DNA from: a virus
Lineage: Duplodnaviria; Caudoviricetes
Reading direction: 5' to 3' (one strand)
Length of the DNA stretch: 47,896 nucleotides
IMG/VR virus record: IMGVR_UViG_3300012943_000013
Coordinates: 1 to 47,896 of that record
Positions 17,660 to 26,011 of the stretch are shown piece after piece. Below the pieces are notes generated by a model. It had not been told where the DNA came from. It did not search any database and saw nothing but the letters and a program-made list of their open reading frames with translations. Numbering within the stretch: position 1 is the stretch's first letter; every line of letters begins with the position of its first letter. The translations under genes were made by a program, and so were the position numbers.

Positions 17660-18438
17660 TGTTCGGCACCAACGAACAGAGCGAAGCCGAGGTGCTGGCG
17701 TGTGAGCGAGAAGTCGACCGCCTGAGCAAGGCGCTCGACGCCGCCGAGGCTGACAGCGACATGGCAAAGACCGAAGCCGTGCGTCTTCGGCTCGAGCTGG
17801 GCGAAGCACACGGGGAGCTAGAGCGCCGCACCGCGTGGTCCAACGACCAGATTGCGCAGCGGGACAAGCGTATCGAGGAGTTCACGGCAGAGGTGCGCCG
17901 GCTCGAGCTGCGGGAGACGACGTTAGAGGGGCAGTGTGCCGAGTACCGCGAACGCATCGAAGAGCTGCAAGCCGTGGCCATCAACGTCGACATGCTGACC
18001 GCCGACCTGGCTGCAGAACGCGAGAAAGCCGAGGCCAATATCCGGGCTATCGCAGAGTCGTGGCGGGTCCCGTGCGAACGTGCGGAGGCGCGCATCGCGG
18101 AACTGACCGCCGCGAACGAGCAGACGCACCAGGCGCTGGCCATTAGCCGTGGCGAGGTCGAAATGCTGACCGAGGAGAACAACCAGCTCATCGCGCAGGT
18201 GGCGGAGCTGCGCGATGAGCTGCGGAGATACCAGCCGAGCGATGGCGTGATGTTCAAGCTGATGGCGATGCATGAGTGCATTGCGGATGCGGCGGAGCTG
18301 CTCGAGCGAAGCCAGCAGCGCGGAACGGAGGCGTTGGGCAATCAAGGCTTACCCGAAGCGATCCGGAAGTGGCTCGGGCGCAGTGGCGTGATGGAGACGA
18401 TCGTGCTGGTGAGCGAGCGCCGAAAGATCCGCGGATGA
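17659..18438 (+). CDS. coiled-coil hypothetical protein
   Basis: TGATG coupling; heptad-rich E/R/A/L sequence. Confidence 0.65.
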   Translation: MFGTNEQSEAEVLACEREVDRLSKALDAAEADSDMAKTEAVRLRLELGEAHGELERRTAWSNDQIAQRDKRIEEFTAEVRRLELRETTLEGQCAEYRERIEELQAVAINVDMLTADLAAEREKAEANIRAIAESWRVPCERAEARIAELTAANEQTHQALAISRGEVEMLTEENNQLIAQVAELRDELRRYQPSDGVMFKLMAMHECIADAAELLERSQQRGTEALGNQGLPEAIRKWLGRSGVMETIVLVSERRKIRG

Positions 18439-18629
18439 CCGGGGCTGAGCGCTGCGCGCACTGCAAGGCGCCCGTTGCTCGACCGAGTGCCGAGCAGGAG
18501 AAGGCGAACGCCGACTACTGGAGGCAGTACGGCGGCTATGGCGAGGACGGCGGCGTCAAGCTGTGCGCGAAGTGCCACGCCAAGGTGATGGCGTGGTGGG
18601 AGCGCGAGGGGAAGCACGGGGTGCAATGA
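18435..18629 (+). CDS. small Zn-finger protein
   Basis: CAHC...CAKC; coupled start. Confidence 0.6.
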   Translation: MTGAERCAHCKAPVARPSAEQEKANADYWRQYGGYGEDGGVKLCAKCHAKVMAWWEREGKHGVQ

Positions 18630-18964
18630 TGCCGACCTGCAACTTCTGCTTCATGGGCGAGATGCTGAAGCAGGCGAGCAAGCCCGGGCGTCGCGAGACG
18701 CTCTGGCTCTGCGAGGAGTGCGGGCACTTCGAGACCATCGGCCCCATCGACCACGTCGTCATCGGGCATCCGAACACGGTGACGTGTCGCGCATGCGGGT
18801 ACTCCTACGAGTGGAGCACGCCGGTGCCCATCCGCCTGTTCGTTGGCGGCAACCTTGCGTTCACGTACGAGCACCGGCACTGCAAGAAGGACCTCGACGA
18901 GGCGCGCAACGAGCTGCTCGCGGTGCTCATCACGCGCTTCTTCAAGCTGCAGGGATACGAGTGA
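18626..18964 (+). CDS. Zn-ribbon protein
   Basis: CNFC, CEEC and CRAC motifs; coupled start. Confidence 0.6.
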   Translation: MMPTCNFCFMGEMLKQASKPGRRETLWLCEECGHFETIGPIDHVVIGHPNTVTCRACGYSYEWSTPVPIRLFVGGNLAFTYEHRHCKKDLDEARNELLAVLITRFFKLQGYE

Positions 18965-19218
18965 GTCTCAGGGCAATGGTCGAGGCGGGCTTCATCTCGT
19001 GGCTCGACATCGGGTTCTTCGGGCTCGCGATGGTGGGGCTCGGGGTGATCTTCGGAATGAAGCTCAGCAGCGCGTCGGACAAGCCCCTCATGGCACTGCT
19101 CGTGGCGCTGCTGCGCGACGTGCAGTACCTGCAGTCGAGGGCCCTCATCGAGCTGCCGAGGGACCTCGACGACCAGATCACACGGACCATTGGCGCTCAC
19201 CCGAGGGATGGCGGATGA
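18961..19218 (+). CDS. small membrane protein
   Basis: Hydrophobic helix 'IGFFGLAMVGLGVIFGM'. Confidence 0.55.
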   Translation: MSLRAMVEAGFISWLDIGFFGLAMVGLGVIFGMKLSSASDKPLMALLVALLRDVQYLQSRALIELPRDLDDQITRTIGAHPRDGG

Positions 19219-19502
19219 CCGAGCCTGAGCACCAGCTGATAGAGGAGCTGGCCCGAGTCACCGCAGAGATGACGGCATGGCGACAGCGGGCGCGAGAAAC
19301 CGAGGGCTTGCGCATCGTGGCGGTCAGTCGCCTCGCCCTAATGGACCGCGCGTATGAGGAGGCGTTGCGCCGCATCGAGACCGCCAACGCGCTGCTGAAC
19401 TCGTGGCTGCTGAGCACGCCGCCTCTGCGCGGGGCGCGCCCTGTTGAGGCGACACGAGCCCATCTCGCCAACACCGTGCACGCCAAGAAGGACCCCACGT
19501 GA
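19215..19502 (+). CDS. hypothetical coiled-coil protein
   Basis: ATGA-coupled ORF MTEPEHQLIEEL. Confidence 0.55.
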   Translation: MTEPEHQLIEELARVTAEMTAWRQRARETEGLRIVAVSRLALMDRAYEEALRRIETANALLNSWLLSTPPLRGARPVEATRAHLANTVHAKKDPT

Positions 19503-19678
19503 AGTCGATTCAGCAGTTGGTCCGCGAGGACCTGGACAAGCGAGAGCAGCTCGGCCGCGAGAGGTACGGCACGAGCCTGTACCCCAACAACGGGCGCGAC
19601 GCGCTGCTCGACGCCTACGAGGAGGCGCTCGACCTGGCGTGCTACCTCAAGCAGGCGATGGTGGAGCGGGACGGATGA
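19499..19678 (+). CDS. 59-aa all-alpha NTP-pyrophosphatase (MazG-like) type protein
   Basis: 'REQLGRERYG...DAYEEALDLACYL' has an EExxD motif; coupled on both sides; below the ORF-track cutoff. Confidence 0.55.
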   Translation: MKSIQQLVREDLDKREQLGRERYGTSLYPNNGRDALLDAYEEALDLACYLKQAMVERDG

Positions 19679-19836
19679 GCATGGCGAAGGAGCTGATGGA
19701 CCACATCGCGTGGAACAACGCGGCTGCCGCGTTCGTGGATGCCTGGAAGCCCGGCAACATCGTGGGCTGCGTGGTCGCAGGCGTGCTCGCGGTGCGGCTC
19801 GGGTGGCTGTTCCTGAACAAGGTGTTCGATGAGTAA
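19675..19836 (+). CDS. small membrane protein
   Basis: 53 aa with TM segment IVGCVVAGVLAVRLGWLFL. Confidence 0.5.
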   Translation: MSMAKELMDHIAWNNAAAAFVDAWKPGNIVGCVVAGVLAVRLGWLFLNKVFDE

Positions 19837-20002
19837 CGCCAAGCGCCGCTACCGGAGGCGACGGCGGTGTCGGCTCGAGCGAGAGCGGCAGGTGGCGCGC
19901 TGGGAGGCACAGGGCCTGTGGGACTTCAGCCGGTCGGGGTGGTACCAGGCGGAGGGCGGCGGATACGTCCACATCACCCGTGGGGGCTTCGGGTATTACT
20001 GA
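19829..20002 (+). CDS. Arg-rich small protein (MSNAKRRYRRRRRC...)
   Basis: 57-aa ORF overlapping the previous stop. Confidence 0.45.
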   Translation: MSNAKRRYRRRRRCRLERERQVARWEAQGLWDFSRSGWYQAEGGGYVHITRGGFGYY

Positions 20003-20029
20003 GGCAAAGCGCCCTGATAGGAGTAGCAG

Positions 20030-20275
20030 GTGTCCAGAACGGGTGGATTTGAGGTGATTTCGGTGGTGCGCCGGAGGGGTGCCGACTTCTGGCCGTGCAC
20101 CCCCGGATTCGGGGGTCCGGTGTCCCGGGTTGGGGGCAAATTGCACCGGATGCAGCCGAAAAAGGCGCCCGGTTCGCAGCAGCCGGGGTTTTGCCCGACC
20201 CGTTGCAGGTACTGGGACTTCATCGAGATTCGGGGGCTGTGGCGCCCGAATCAGTGCGTGAGGGGGCGCCTGTGA
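20030..20275 (+). CDS. hypothetical protein
   Basis: AGGAG RBS plus GTG; atypical codon usage. Confidence 0.35.
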   Translation: MSRTGGFEVISVVRRRGADFWPCTPGFGGPVSRVGGKLHRMQPKKAPGSQQPGFCPTRCRYWDFIEIRGLWRPNQCVRGRL

Positions 20276-20571
20276 GCTACGAGCCGCGCGAGGGTACGGG
20301 GTGGGTCGAGGGCAATTCGCCCATTGAGGGGGTCAGGCGCTGGCGACTGCTGCTCGAGTGGGGCGTTCATCTGCAGGTAACCGTCGGAGATGTTGTGTTT
20401 TTCGTGTCTCGGGTCACCGGGAACGAGCATTCGGTGCCGATGCCGGAGGACGTGGGGCGCGTCGAGCGGGATTTTGGGGTGCGGGGCTGGTCGATTCAGG
20501 GGGTGATGTCGGTCGTGCCGCCCTCGACGGGGCAGACGCTGTCGCTGGTGGCGGTGGAGGCAGGTGTCTGA
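20272..20571 (+). CDS. hypothetical protein
   Basis: GTGA-coupled start MSYEPREG. Confidence 0.5.
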   Translation: MSYEPREGTGWVEGNSPIEGVRRWRLLLEWGVHLQVTVGDVVFFVSRVTGNEHSVPMPEDVGRVERDFGVRGWSIQGVMSVVPPSTGQTLSLVAVEAGV

Positions 20572-20719
20572 CCGGTTCAAGCGTGCAGCGCTGCCGGGTA
20601 AGGGGGACTGGTGGCGCGAATACGGCCGGTGGCTGCATGTCACGCTGCGCCGGAAGGCTAGGCGACTGCTGCGGCGTGAGCTGAAGAAGTCCGGCCCGCA
20701 GGGTCCCGACCAGAAATAG
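20564..20719 (+). CDS. small basic protein (51 aa, MSDRFKRAALPG...)
   Basis: GGAGG RBS plus GTG. Confidence 0.45.
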   Translation: MSDRFKRAALPGKGDWWREYGRWLHVTLRRKARRLLRRELKKSGPQGPDQK

Positions 20720-21129
20720 CACCACTCTGGAGTGGGGTGCGCCCGACCCCCGCCTGGGTCTCGACCCCAGGGGGTACCCGGTGGGTGTGCGGCGCGTGGG
20801 AGCGCCTGAGCAGGTGCGCGCGCGAGCAGGCGTGCGCGCATGCGCAGGTGCGCGCGTGTGCAGGTAGCGCGCGCGAGGAGCTCGCCATCTGCGCAGTGGA
20901 CAGCCGCGCAGTGGTAGCCCGCGCAGTGTGCCGAAGGGGCGAGCAAAGCGCTGGGGCGTCCTGTTTCGGGCCTGAAAAGGCCCTTGCCTGCCTTGACCGC
21001 GTCAGGGTGGTGGCGCATTGTAGTGGGGTGGACAGGGCGACGGGCAGCCTGCTCGTCTCCTCCTCCTCTCGGTACTCCCATATTCCCATGGGCCGACCGT
21101 ACATACTCCCACCGATAGGAACGTACATC
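20720..21129. other. non-coding region, candidate physical genome end / packaging site and early promoter region
   Basis: GGGTACCC palindrome, four GCAGG repeats in a (GC/GT)n tract, three TAYTCCCA, and a visible G-rich to C-rich skew switch. Confidence 0.4.
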
Positions 21130-21276
21130 ATGTCTGCTCTCTCCCTCTCTCGTCTTGCAGTCCGCTATGCCCGCTTGGCTCGCCTGGCCCGCACAGTCGA
21201 GTCACGGCTGGTCCTCGAGGCCCGCGCCGCCCTCGCCATGCGTGCCATGCTCCGCGCTCACTCGGAGGCTCGCTGA
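21130..21276 (+). CDS. early small protein (48 aa)
   Basis: TAGGAAC RBS motif shared with downstream genes. Confidence 0.5.
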   Translation: MSALSLSRLAVRYARLARLARTVESRLVLEARAALAMRAMLRAHSEAR

Positions 21277-21278
21277 AC

Positions 21279-21545
21279 ATGGCTCGCCGCAAGCCACTCG
21301 AGCGCCTGCAAACGGCCAACGGCGACTGGTACGTCGCTACCACGCCCGAGCAATGGCCAGCCGCTATGGCACGCCAAAGCGCTGACGTGCACGCGCGAGA
21401 GACACGCATGCGCGACTGGCGACTCGATAACCCCGTCGTCGGCTATCCGCCCGCCTCCTATTGGGTCGCCTACAACGCGGAGATGTACCGAATTAGCATC
21501 GAGTGGCCCATCCCTGCCGGCCACGTGATGTTTGAGCAGGCCTGA
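21279..21545 (+). CDS. early hypothetical protein
   Basis: GGAGG RBS; 88 aa. Confidence 0.6.
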   Translation: MARRKPLERLQTANGDWYVATTPEQWPAAMARQSADVHARETRMRDWRLDNPVVGYPPASYWVAYNAEMYRISIEWPIPAGHVMFEQA

Positions 21546-21626
21546 CCTTCCGGCAAGCGCTGTCAGCTGCACAGGCTCGCAGCGCTTACCGGGCAATCAG
21601 GCCCGCATCAATAGGGAACACTGAAC
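21546..21626 (+). repeat. structured intergenic element copy 1
   Basis: ttCCGG-c-AAGCGCTG..CAGCGCTT-a-CCGG overlapping CGGGC-aatcag-GCCCG, then AGGGAAC RBS. Confidence 0.75.
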
Positions 21627-21875
21627 ATGAACAAGCTCACCATCGGCTCACTCGTACGGCTCACCCCCAAGTTTCTCCGCTCCACAGGCCAGTACACTGG
21701 CGACGAGCCGCGCAAGGTCTGGACGGTGACCGGGCTGACGAACGGCGACCGTTGGGCCATCGTTGACGAGCGCACCGATACGTCGCGCTACACCGAAAGC
21801 GAGCTAGCCGAGGACCCGTCGCTTGCGTTCCGTCGCATCGCGGTGGGCAACCTGCAGGTGTGCCGCACGCGTTGA
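21627..21875 (+). CDS. early hypothetical protein (SH3/KOW-like beta fold possible)
   Basis: 82 aa, starts MNKLTIGSLVRL. Confidence 0.65.
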   Translation: MNKLTIGSLVRLTPKFLRSTGQYTGDEPRKVWTVTGLTNGDRWAIVDERTDTSRYTESELAEDPSLAFRRIAVGNLQVCRTR

Positions 21876-21951
21876 CCTTCCGCTTGACGCCATCACCCTC
21901 GGGTCGTGGCGTCATGCGGGCATGTCAGCCCGGCCAACCTAAGGAACGACC
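21876..21951 (+). repeat. structured intergenic element copy 2
   Basis: ttCCGC-t-TGACGCCA..TGGCGTCA-t-GCGG overlapping CGGGC-atgtca-GCCCG, then AGGAAC. Confidence 0.75.
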
Positions 21952-22527
21952 ATGAGAGCAGACGAGATAGTCGGTTACGCCATTGAGGGCGCGTTCTACT
22001 GCGCGGAACACGCGCAACTAGAGCCAGGCGACGAGGACGAGGGCCACGCCACGGCCGTGTTTGCAGGCGACGAGGGCGCAGACGACCACGCCTGCGACAC
22101 ATGCCTGGCCGACGAGGTAGCGGAGCGCAACGCGAAGCGCGCCAAGAGCCGCGCTGTGTCGCCTCTAGGGCCGCGCTGGCAGGATATCGGTTCGGACGTC
22201 AATTGGCTCGAGCACGGCGGGCTGTGGGCGCGCAAGCTTGACGACAACACTTGGCACGTCATTGCCTTTCACAATGACGGCGAGCGTTTCGACGGCGGCG
22301 ACCGATACGGCGTAACGCTATCCGAGGTGTGCCTGGACGACGACGCGCTCGAGTCCGCGCGCGAGTGCTCTGGTTACACTGACGACTGGTGTGACGACTA
22401 CGGCGACCCGTTGCCCGATGCCGTCAAAGTCGAGGCGTTGCACACCTATGGTGCGCGCTCTCAACTCGGGTCCTACCAGGGAAACAACGCACACGACTTG
22501 CTCCGTGCCGCTCGCCGCGCCTCCTAA
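21952..22527 (+). CDS. early acidic hypothetical protein
   Basis: 191 aa, D/E-rich; CAEH..CDTC; 'DVNWLEHGG'. Confidence 0.7.
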   Translation: MRADEIVGYAIEGAFYCAEHAQLEPGDEDEGHATAVFAGDEGADDHACDTCLADEVAERNAKRAKSRAVSPLGPRWQDIGSDVNWLEHGGLWARKLDDNTWHVIAFHNDGERFDGGDRYGVTLSEVCLDDDALESARECSGYTDDWCDDYGDPLPDAVKVEALHTYGARSQLGSYQGNNAHDLLRAARRAS

Positions 22528-22602
22528 TCTTCCGCCCGGCGCCGTCGCACACGCAACGGCGCCCAGCGGGCAATTAGGCCCGATACAACGATAGGAACGA
22601 CT
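22528..22602 (+). repeat. structured intergenic element copy 3
   Basis: ttCCGC-cc-GGCGCCGT..ACGGCGCC-ca-GCGG overlapping CGGGC-aattag-GCCCG, then AGGAAC. Confidence 0.75.
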
Positions 22603-22992
22603 ATGGCACGCAAGCAACGCGCACCCCGCCCGCTCACTCTCGCTGACGTGGAGATCACGATCCAAGTCGAGCCCGAACAGGACCAGGTTCACGGGCACTT
22701 CGCTAGTGGCGACGAGGACCAGGATCGGGAACTCGAGGACGAGATTATCCGGCTCGCTGACGCGGGCTACGTGGAGGCGTGGTGCTGCATCACGGTCACC
22801 GCGCGCTGGAAGGGATCCGAGGGATCCGACCATTTGGGCTGCTGCTCGCACCTCATTCGAGACGACCTGCCCAGCCTTGCCCAGCAAGTGGAGGACACGA
22901 TCGCGTCGCACGGCATGCGCGAGCAGGCGTTAGAGGACCTGAACCGCGAGATAGCGGCCGCGCATGCAAAGCTGGCCACGCTGACCGCCTGA
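22603..22992 (+). CDS. early acidic hypothetical protein
   Basis: 129 aa; 'AWCCITVTARW.G..GSDHLG'. Confidence 0.7.
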   Translation: MARKQRAPRPLTLADVEITIQVEPEQDQVHGHFASGDEDQDRELEDEIIRLADAGYVEAWCCITVTARWKGSEGSDHLGCCSHLIRDDLPSLAQQVEDTIASHGMREQALEDLNREIAAAHAKLATLTA

Positions 22993-23063
22993 TACCGGCC
23001 CGGGCCGCCACTTCGGTAGCGGCCCGCACCGGCAATCATGCCGTATCACCGAAGGAACACCGT
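22993..23063 (+). repeat. structured intergenic element copy 4
   Basis: taCCGG-cc-CGGGCCGC..GCGGCCCG-ca-CCGG overlapping CGGC-aatcat-GCCG, then AGGAAC. Confidence 0.7.
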
Positions 23064-23213
23064 ATGCTCCGTTTTCTAGCTGGGATCGCTGCCTGCCTCC
23101 TCTGCCAGGCCGTTGGCTATCCGCGTATCGATGCGGCGCTCGCCAGCGCAAACAAGGCCGTCAAGGCCGCCTATCACGCCGCCCTCGAGTCCGTGCAGGG
23201 GGGTGGCAAGTGA
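23064..23213 (+). CDS. small protein with hydrophobic N-terminus
   Basis: MLRFLAGIAACLLCQAVG, 49 aa, after an AGGAAC RBS. Confidence 0.55.
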   Translation: MLRFLAGIAACLLCQAVGYPRIDAALASANKAVKAAYHAALESVQGGGK

Positions 23214-23590
23214 GAGAGCGCATTGGAGTCTGGCGCAAGCCGAGCGACCCGGCCGTGCCGTGCTGCCGGTGCGACGAGCCCGCTACCATCACGGAATGGG
23301 TGCCTCTGCGCACCGGTACAACGGCGTACTACGCGCATTGCTCCGCGTGCTGGGACCTGCCGGCAGCGAACGGCGGCCCTAGCGCTTTGGAACGCACTGG
23401 CATGGCCGCACCTGATGCGCTTGCAGTGGTCCGGGCGGACGCTGCCGACTATGAGCAGCGCTGGCTCGCGGAGTGCCGCGCGCACGGCGAGACGAAACGC
23501 CGCCTCGAGCTGGCCGAGTGCGAGCTACGCCGCTGCTCTCAATGCGATCGCGACCCGTGCGTGTGCGACGGCTTCCCGATAGGCACTTGA
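23210..23590 (+). CDS. Cys-rich hypothetical protein
   Basis: GTGA coupling; CxxC pairs. Confidence 0.55.
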   Translation: MRERIGVWRKPSDPAVPCCRCDEPATITEWVPLRTGTTAYYAHCSACWDLPAANGGPSALERTGMAAPDALAVVRADAADYEQRWLAECRAHGETKRRLELAECELRRCSQCDRDPCVCDGFPIGT

Positions 23591-23661
23591 CCCCCACCCG
23601 GCGCCTTACCTTGGTAGGGCGCCGCGATGGCGGCCAAACGCCTACACCAGGAGAGACCCCA
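23591..23661 (+). repeat. structured intergenic element copy 5 (divergent)
   Basis: CCA-cc-CGGCGCCTTAC..GTAGGGCGCCG-cga-TGG overlapping GGCG-gccaaa-CGCC, then AGGAG. Confidence 0.5.
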
Positions 23662-23726
23662 GTGACAAACGCACAAGTCAAAGCCACGATGATCGATTAC
23701 AGCGACGCCATCGCGGGAGACCGCTA

Positions 23727-23942
23727 ATGGGCTACATCATTCTCGCCTGTGTGGCCCTCACCCTCTATTGGAGCGCGTTCCCGGACAAGGCCCCGCGTGA
23801 GGGCGACGACACCGCGATGGGCGGCGCCATTGCCTCCGTGGTCGGGCTCATGTTCAGCGGCGTCGCCCTGGTCGTCGTGGTCGCGCTCATGATCGCTGGC
23901 CCCCTGCTCGTGCTAGGAGGCGTGGCGTGGCTGCTTCACTGA
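23727..23942 (+). CDS. small membrane protein
   Basis: Two to three hydrophobic helices in 71 aa. Confidence 0.6.
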   Translation: MGYIILACVALTLYWSAFPDKAPREGDDTAMGGAIASVVGLMFSGVALVVVVALMIAGPLLVLGGVAWLLH

Positions 23943-24322
23943 GACCGAGCCCCCGACACGAGGCCTACCTCGAGGCGATTGCAGCCCTCGTGGAGGCCCG
24001 GCAAACGCCTACCGCCACGGCCATCGCCGCTCGGCTCGGCGTGACCAAGCAGGCCGCGCACGAGGCCCTCGGCGCCATGGTCGAGAAGGGCGAGCTTCGC
24101 TACTCGCCCCCTCGCCAGGCCTCCTACAAGCTGCCCAAGGTGAAGCCAGAAACCGACTGGGCAGCGATCGCGCAGCGCAATGCCGAGCGGTTCGCGTCTG
24201 TTCCGCGTTGCCGTGCTTGTTGCGGCCGCCCGCTCCTCCGCGGGGCCAGCGACCAATGCCCCTGGTGCAACGCTCAGAACGGGATATCGTCGTCGTCCAC
24301 GTCGGGCGACGACGAGGGCTGA
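23927..24322 (+). CDS. winged-HTH (LexA-DBD-like) protein with C-terminal Zn ribbon
   Basis: 'PTATAIAARLGVTKQAAHEALGAMVEKGEL' plus CRAC..CPWC; AGGAGG RBS. Confidence 0.65.
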   Translation: MAASLRPSPRHEAYLEAIAALVEARQTPTATAIAARLGVTKQAAHEALGAMVEKGELRYSPPRQASYKLPKVKPETDWAAIAQRNAERFASVPRCRACCGRPLLRGASDQCPWCNAQNGISSSSTSGDDEG

Positions 24323-24681
24323 CCCGGGCGAGGTGAGGCCTGACCCTTGCGGTCGGGCCCGCCTCCCTGGAGCAGCACGTCGTTCGCCACGATTTCGGTC
24401 CGGAAGCGCTTCTCGCCGTCCTTCTCGTAGCTCGAGGTCGAGAGGCGCCCCTCGATGTAGAGCCTCGACCCCTTGTCTAGGATGCGCGAGAGGCCCTCCG
24501 CGCGCTTGCCGAAGATGGTGACGTTGTGCCACTCGGTGCGCTCCTGGCGCTGCTTGTCCTTGTCCAGGAATTGCTCGCTGGTGGCCAGCCTGAGCTTCAG
24601 CACGGCGCCGCCACCCGTCTGCTTCAGTTCGGGCGGGGCGCCGAGGTTTCCGATCAGTAGTACCTTGTTGAGTCCCTGCAT
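24274..24681 (-). CDS. ssb: single-stranded DNA-binding protein
   Basis: 'LNKVLLIGNLG','TEWHNVTIFG','KGSRLYIEGRL' and C-terminal DDDIPF. Confidence 0.97.
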   Translation of the reverse strand: MQGLNKVLLIGNLGAPPELKQTGGGAVLKLRLATSEQFLDKDKQRQERTEWHNVTIFGKRAEGLSRILDKGSRLYIEGRLSTSSYEKDGEKRFRTEIVANDVLLQGGGPDRKGQASPRPGQPSSSPDVDDDDIPF

Positions 24682-24687
24682 GAGGGC

Positions 24688-25050
24688 TCATTTACCACGT
24701 TGCAGGTCGGCTTTGGTGGCCACGAACCAACGCGGGCGCGCCGTCTCGTGTGTGGGGTCGTCGCACCCGTCACCGTAAAACTCCTTCCGCGGGCGCTGGC
24801 AGGCGTCGCAGAGCCCGAACGTGCCGCACGCATGGCACTGGCCCCCGTAAACGAAGATAGGGGCGTGTGCGCATGCGCTGCGCTGCTCGGGCGGCCACAG
24901 CTGCTCACTCAACACTCCCACGTGATGCTCCGCCAGGATGCTCAGTCTGCCCGCCAGAAGCCAGCAGCGGCTCGTCGGGGTCCACATCGCCACCTCCGCC
25001 ACCTCCGACCCGGGCACGTAGACCCAGTAGAAGCCCGCCTCGCGCGTCAC
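24688..25050 (-). CDS. hypothetical protein with Cys cluster
   Basis: 'REAGFYWV' start; coupled. Confidence 0.55.
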   Translation of the reverse strand: MTREAGFYWVYVPGSEVAEVAMWTPTSRCWLLAGRLSILAEHHVGVLSEQLWPPEQRSACAHAPIFVYGGQCHACGTFGLCDACQRPRKEFYGDGCDDPTHETARPRWFVATKADLQRGK

Positions 25051-25403
25051 GCCTGCACCCCGCGCTTGGGCTTGAGGTACATCGAGCGGATCGTCGCCTG
25101 CGCCTCTCGGATGTCGGCTCGCGTGGCCCCGGGCAGGTGCCGCATCTCATCCTCGGAGAACGCCACCAGGGCCAGCTCGGGGGAGAACTGCGCGACGCCC
25201 GCGCAGTAGATGCAAATCGAGATGTCGCCCGGCTTCGGCCGTACCACGCGGTCCTCGTGGGTGGCAGCGTCCATCACCTTGTGGCAGTGCGGGCATGGCG
25301 AAGGCGGCACGGCGTCCTCGTTCTCGCTCTGGTTCATGGCCTCGAGCACGCTCGCCAACCTGCGGTAGGAGGAGCCGGGCATGGCGCTGTATTTGGCCTT
25401 CAT
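25047..25403 (-). CDS. Zn-binding hypothetical protein
   Basis: CPHC...PKPGDISICIYC; ATG 2 nt after the upstream stop. Confidence 0.6.
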   Translation of the reverse strand: MKAKYSAMPGSSYRRLASVLEAMNQSENEDAVPPSPCPHCHKVMDAATHEDRVVRPKPGDISICIYCAGVAQFSPELALVAFSEDEMRHLPGATRADIREAQATIRSMYLKPKRGVQA

Positions 25404-25405
25404 GG

Positions 25406-25990
25406 TCAGCAACTGCAGCTGAAAAAGAAGTCGCTTTTGCCTTCGGCGATGGGCTTGCCCGTCACCACGGCGTAGAGCCGCCAAAACTCCTCGGCGGGCC
25501 AGCTGTAGTCGAGGTCGAAGCCGAAGTGGATGTACTCGCCCGATTCCAGGTACTCCTCCGCGCCCGACATGAGCCGGTCGAAAGAGCAGTCGCAGTCGAC
25601 TGCCAGCTCCCGAATGCGCGCCCGAGCGCCCTCCACCGTGCTGACGTCCAGCGGGGCCGCTGCCTCGGCATCGGGGAAGGCCGGGTGCGTCCAGACGTGC
25701 CGCAGCGAGCGCACCTGGCGCGGGTACATGACGAACCAGAAGCGCTGGCCCTTCTGCACGGGCCCCACCAGGAACGGGTCCACGATGCCGAGCCCTTTGC
25801 CTGGCTCCGCCAGCCGCGCGCGCCCGTCTTCCACATAGATGTGATCGCCCGGCATCAGCGCCATACCGGCCTCCACCGGCTCGACGGCGAGATGGATCGC
25901 GTCTCGGTGTTCGATGCGCGTGTGAATCTGGCCCAGCGTCTCGAGCGCGTCGGTCGTCACGCTGCGCTTGTCTCCGTGTGCTTCTGACAT
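25406..25990 (-). CDS. phage hypothetical protein
   Basis: GAGGAG RBS; 'RDAIHLAV','GIVDPFL','SLRHVWTHP', ends FSCSC. Confidence 0.75.
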   Translation of the reverse strand: MSEAHGDKRSVTTDALETLGQIHTRIEHRDAIHLAVEPVEAGMALMPGDHIYVEDGRARLAEPGKGLGIVDPFLVGPVQKGQRFWFVMYPRQVRSLRHVWTHPAFPDAEAAAPLDVSTVEGARARIRELAVDCDCSFDRLMSGAEEYLESGEYIHFGFDLDYSWPAEEFWRLYAVVTGKPIAEGKSDFFFSCSC

Positions 25991-26011
25991 TTGCTCTCCT
26001 CGGTTATGGGT

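Noticed and set aside
21546-23063. Intergenic hairpins as rho-independent terminators or hammerhead ribozymes
   Set aside because: No U-tracts follow the stems, and there is no CUGAnGA/GAAA core
21546-23661. Integron attC cassettes or a CRISPR mini-array
   Set aside because: No RYYYAAC/GTTRRRY boxes, no identical repeats with uniform spacers, no cas genes, and int looks like a tRNA-targeting phage integrase
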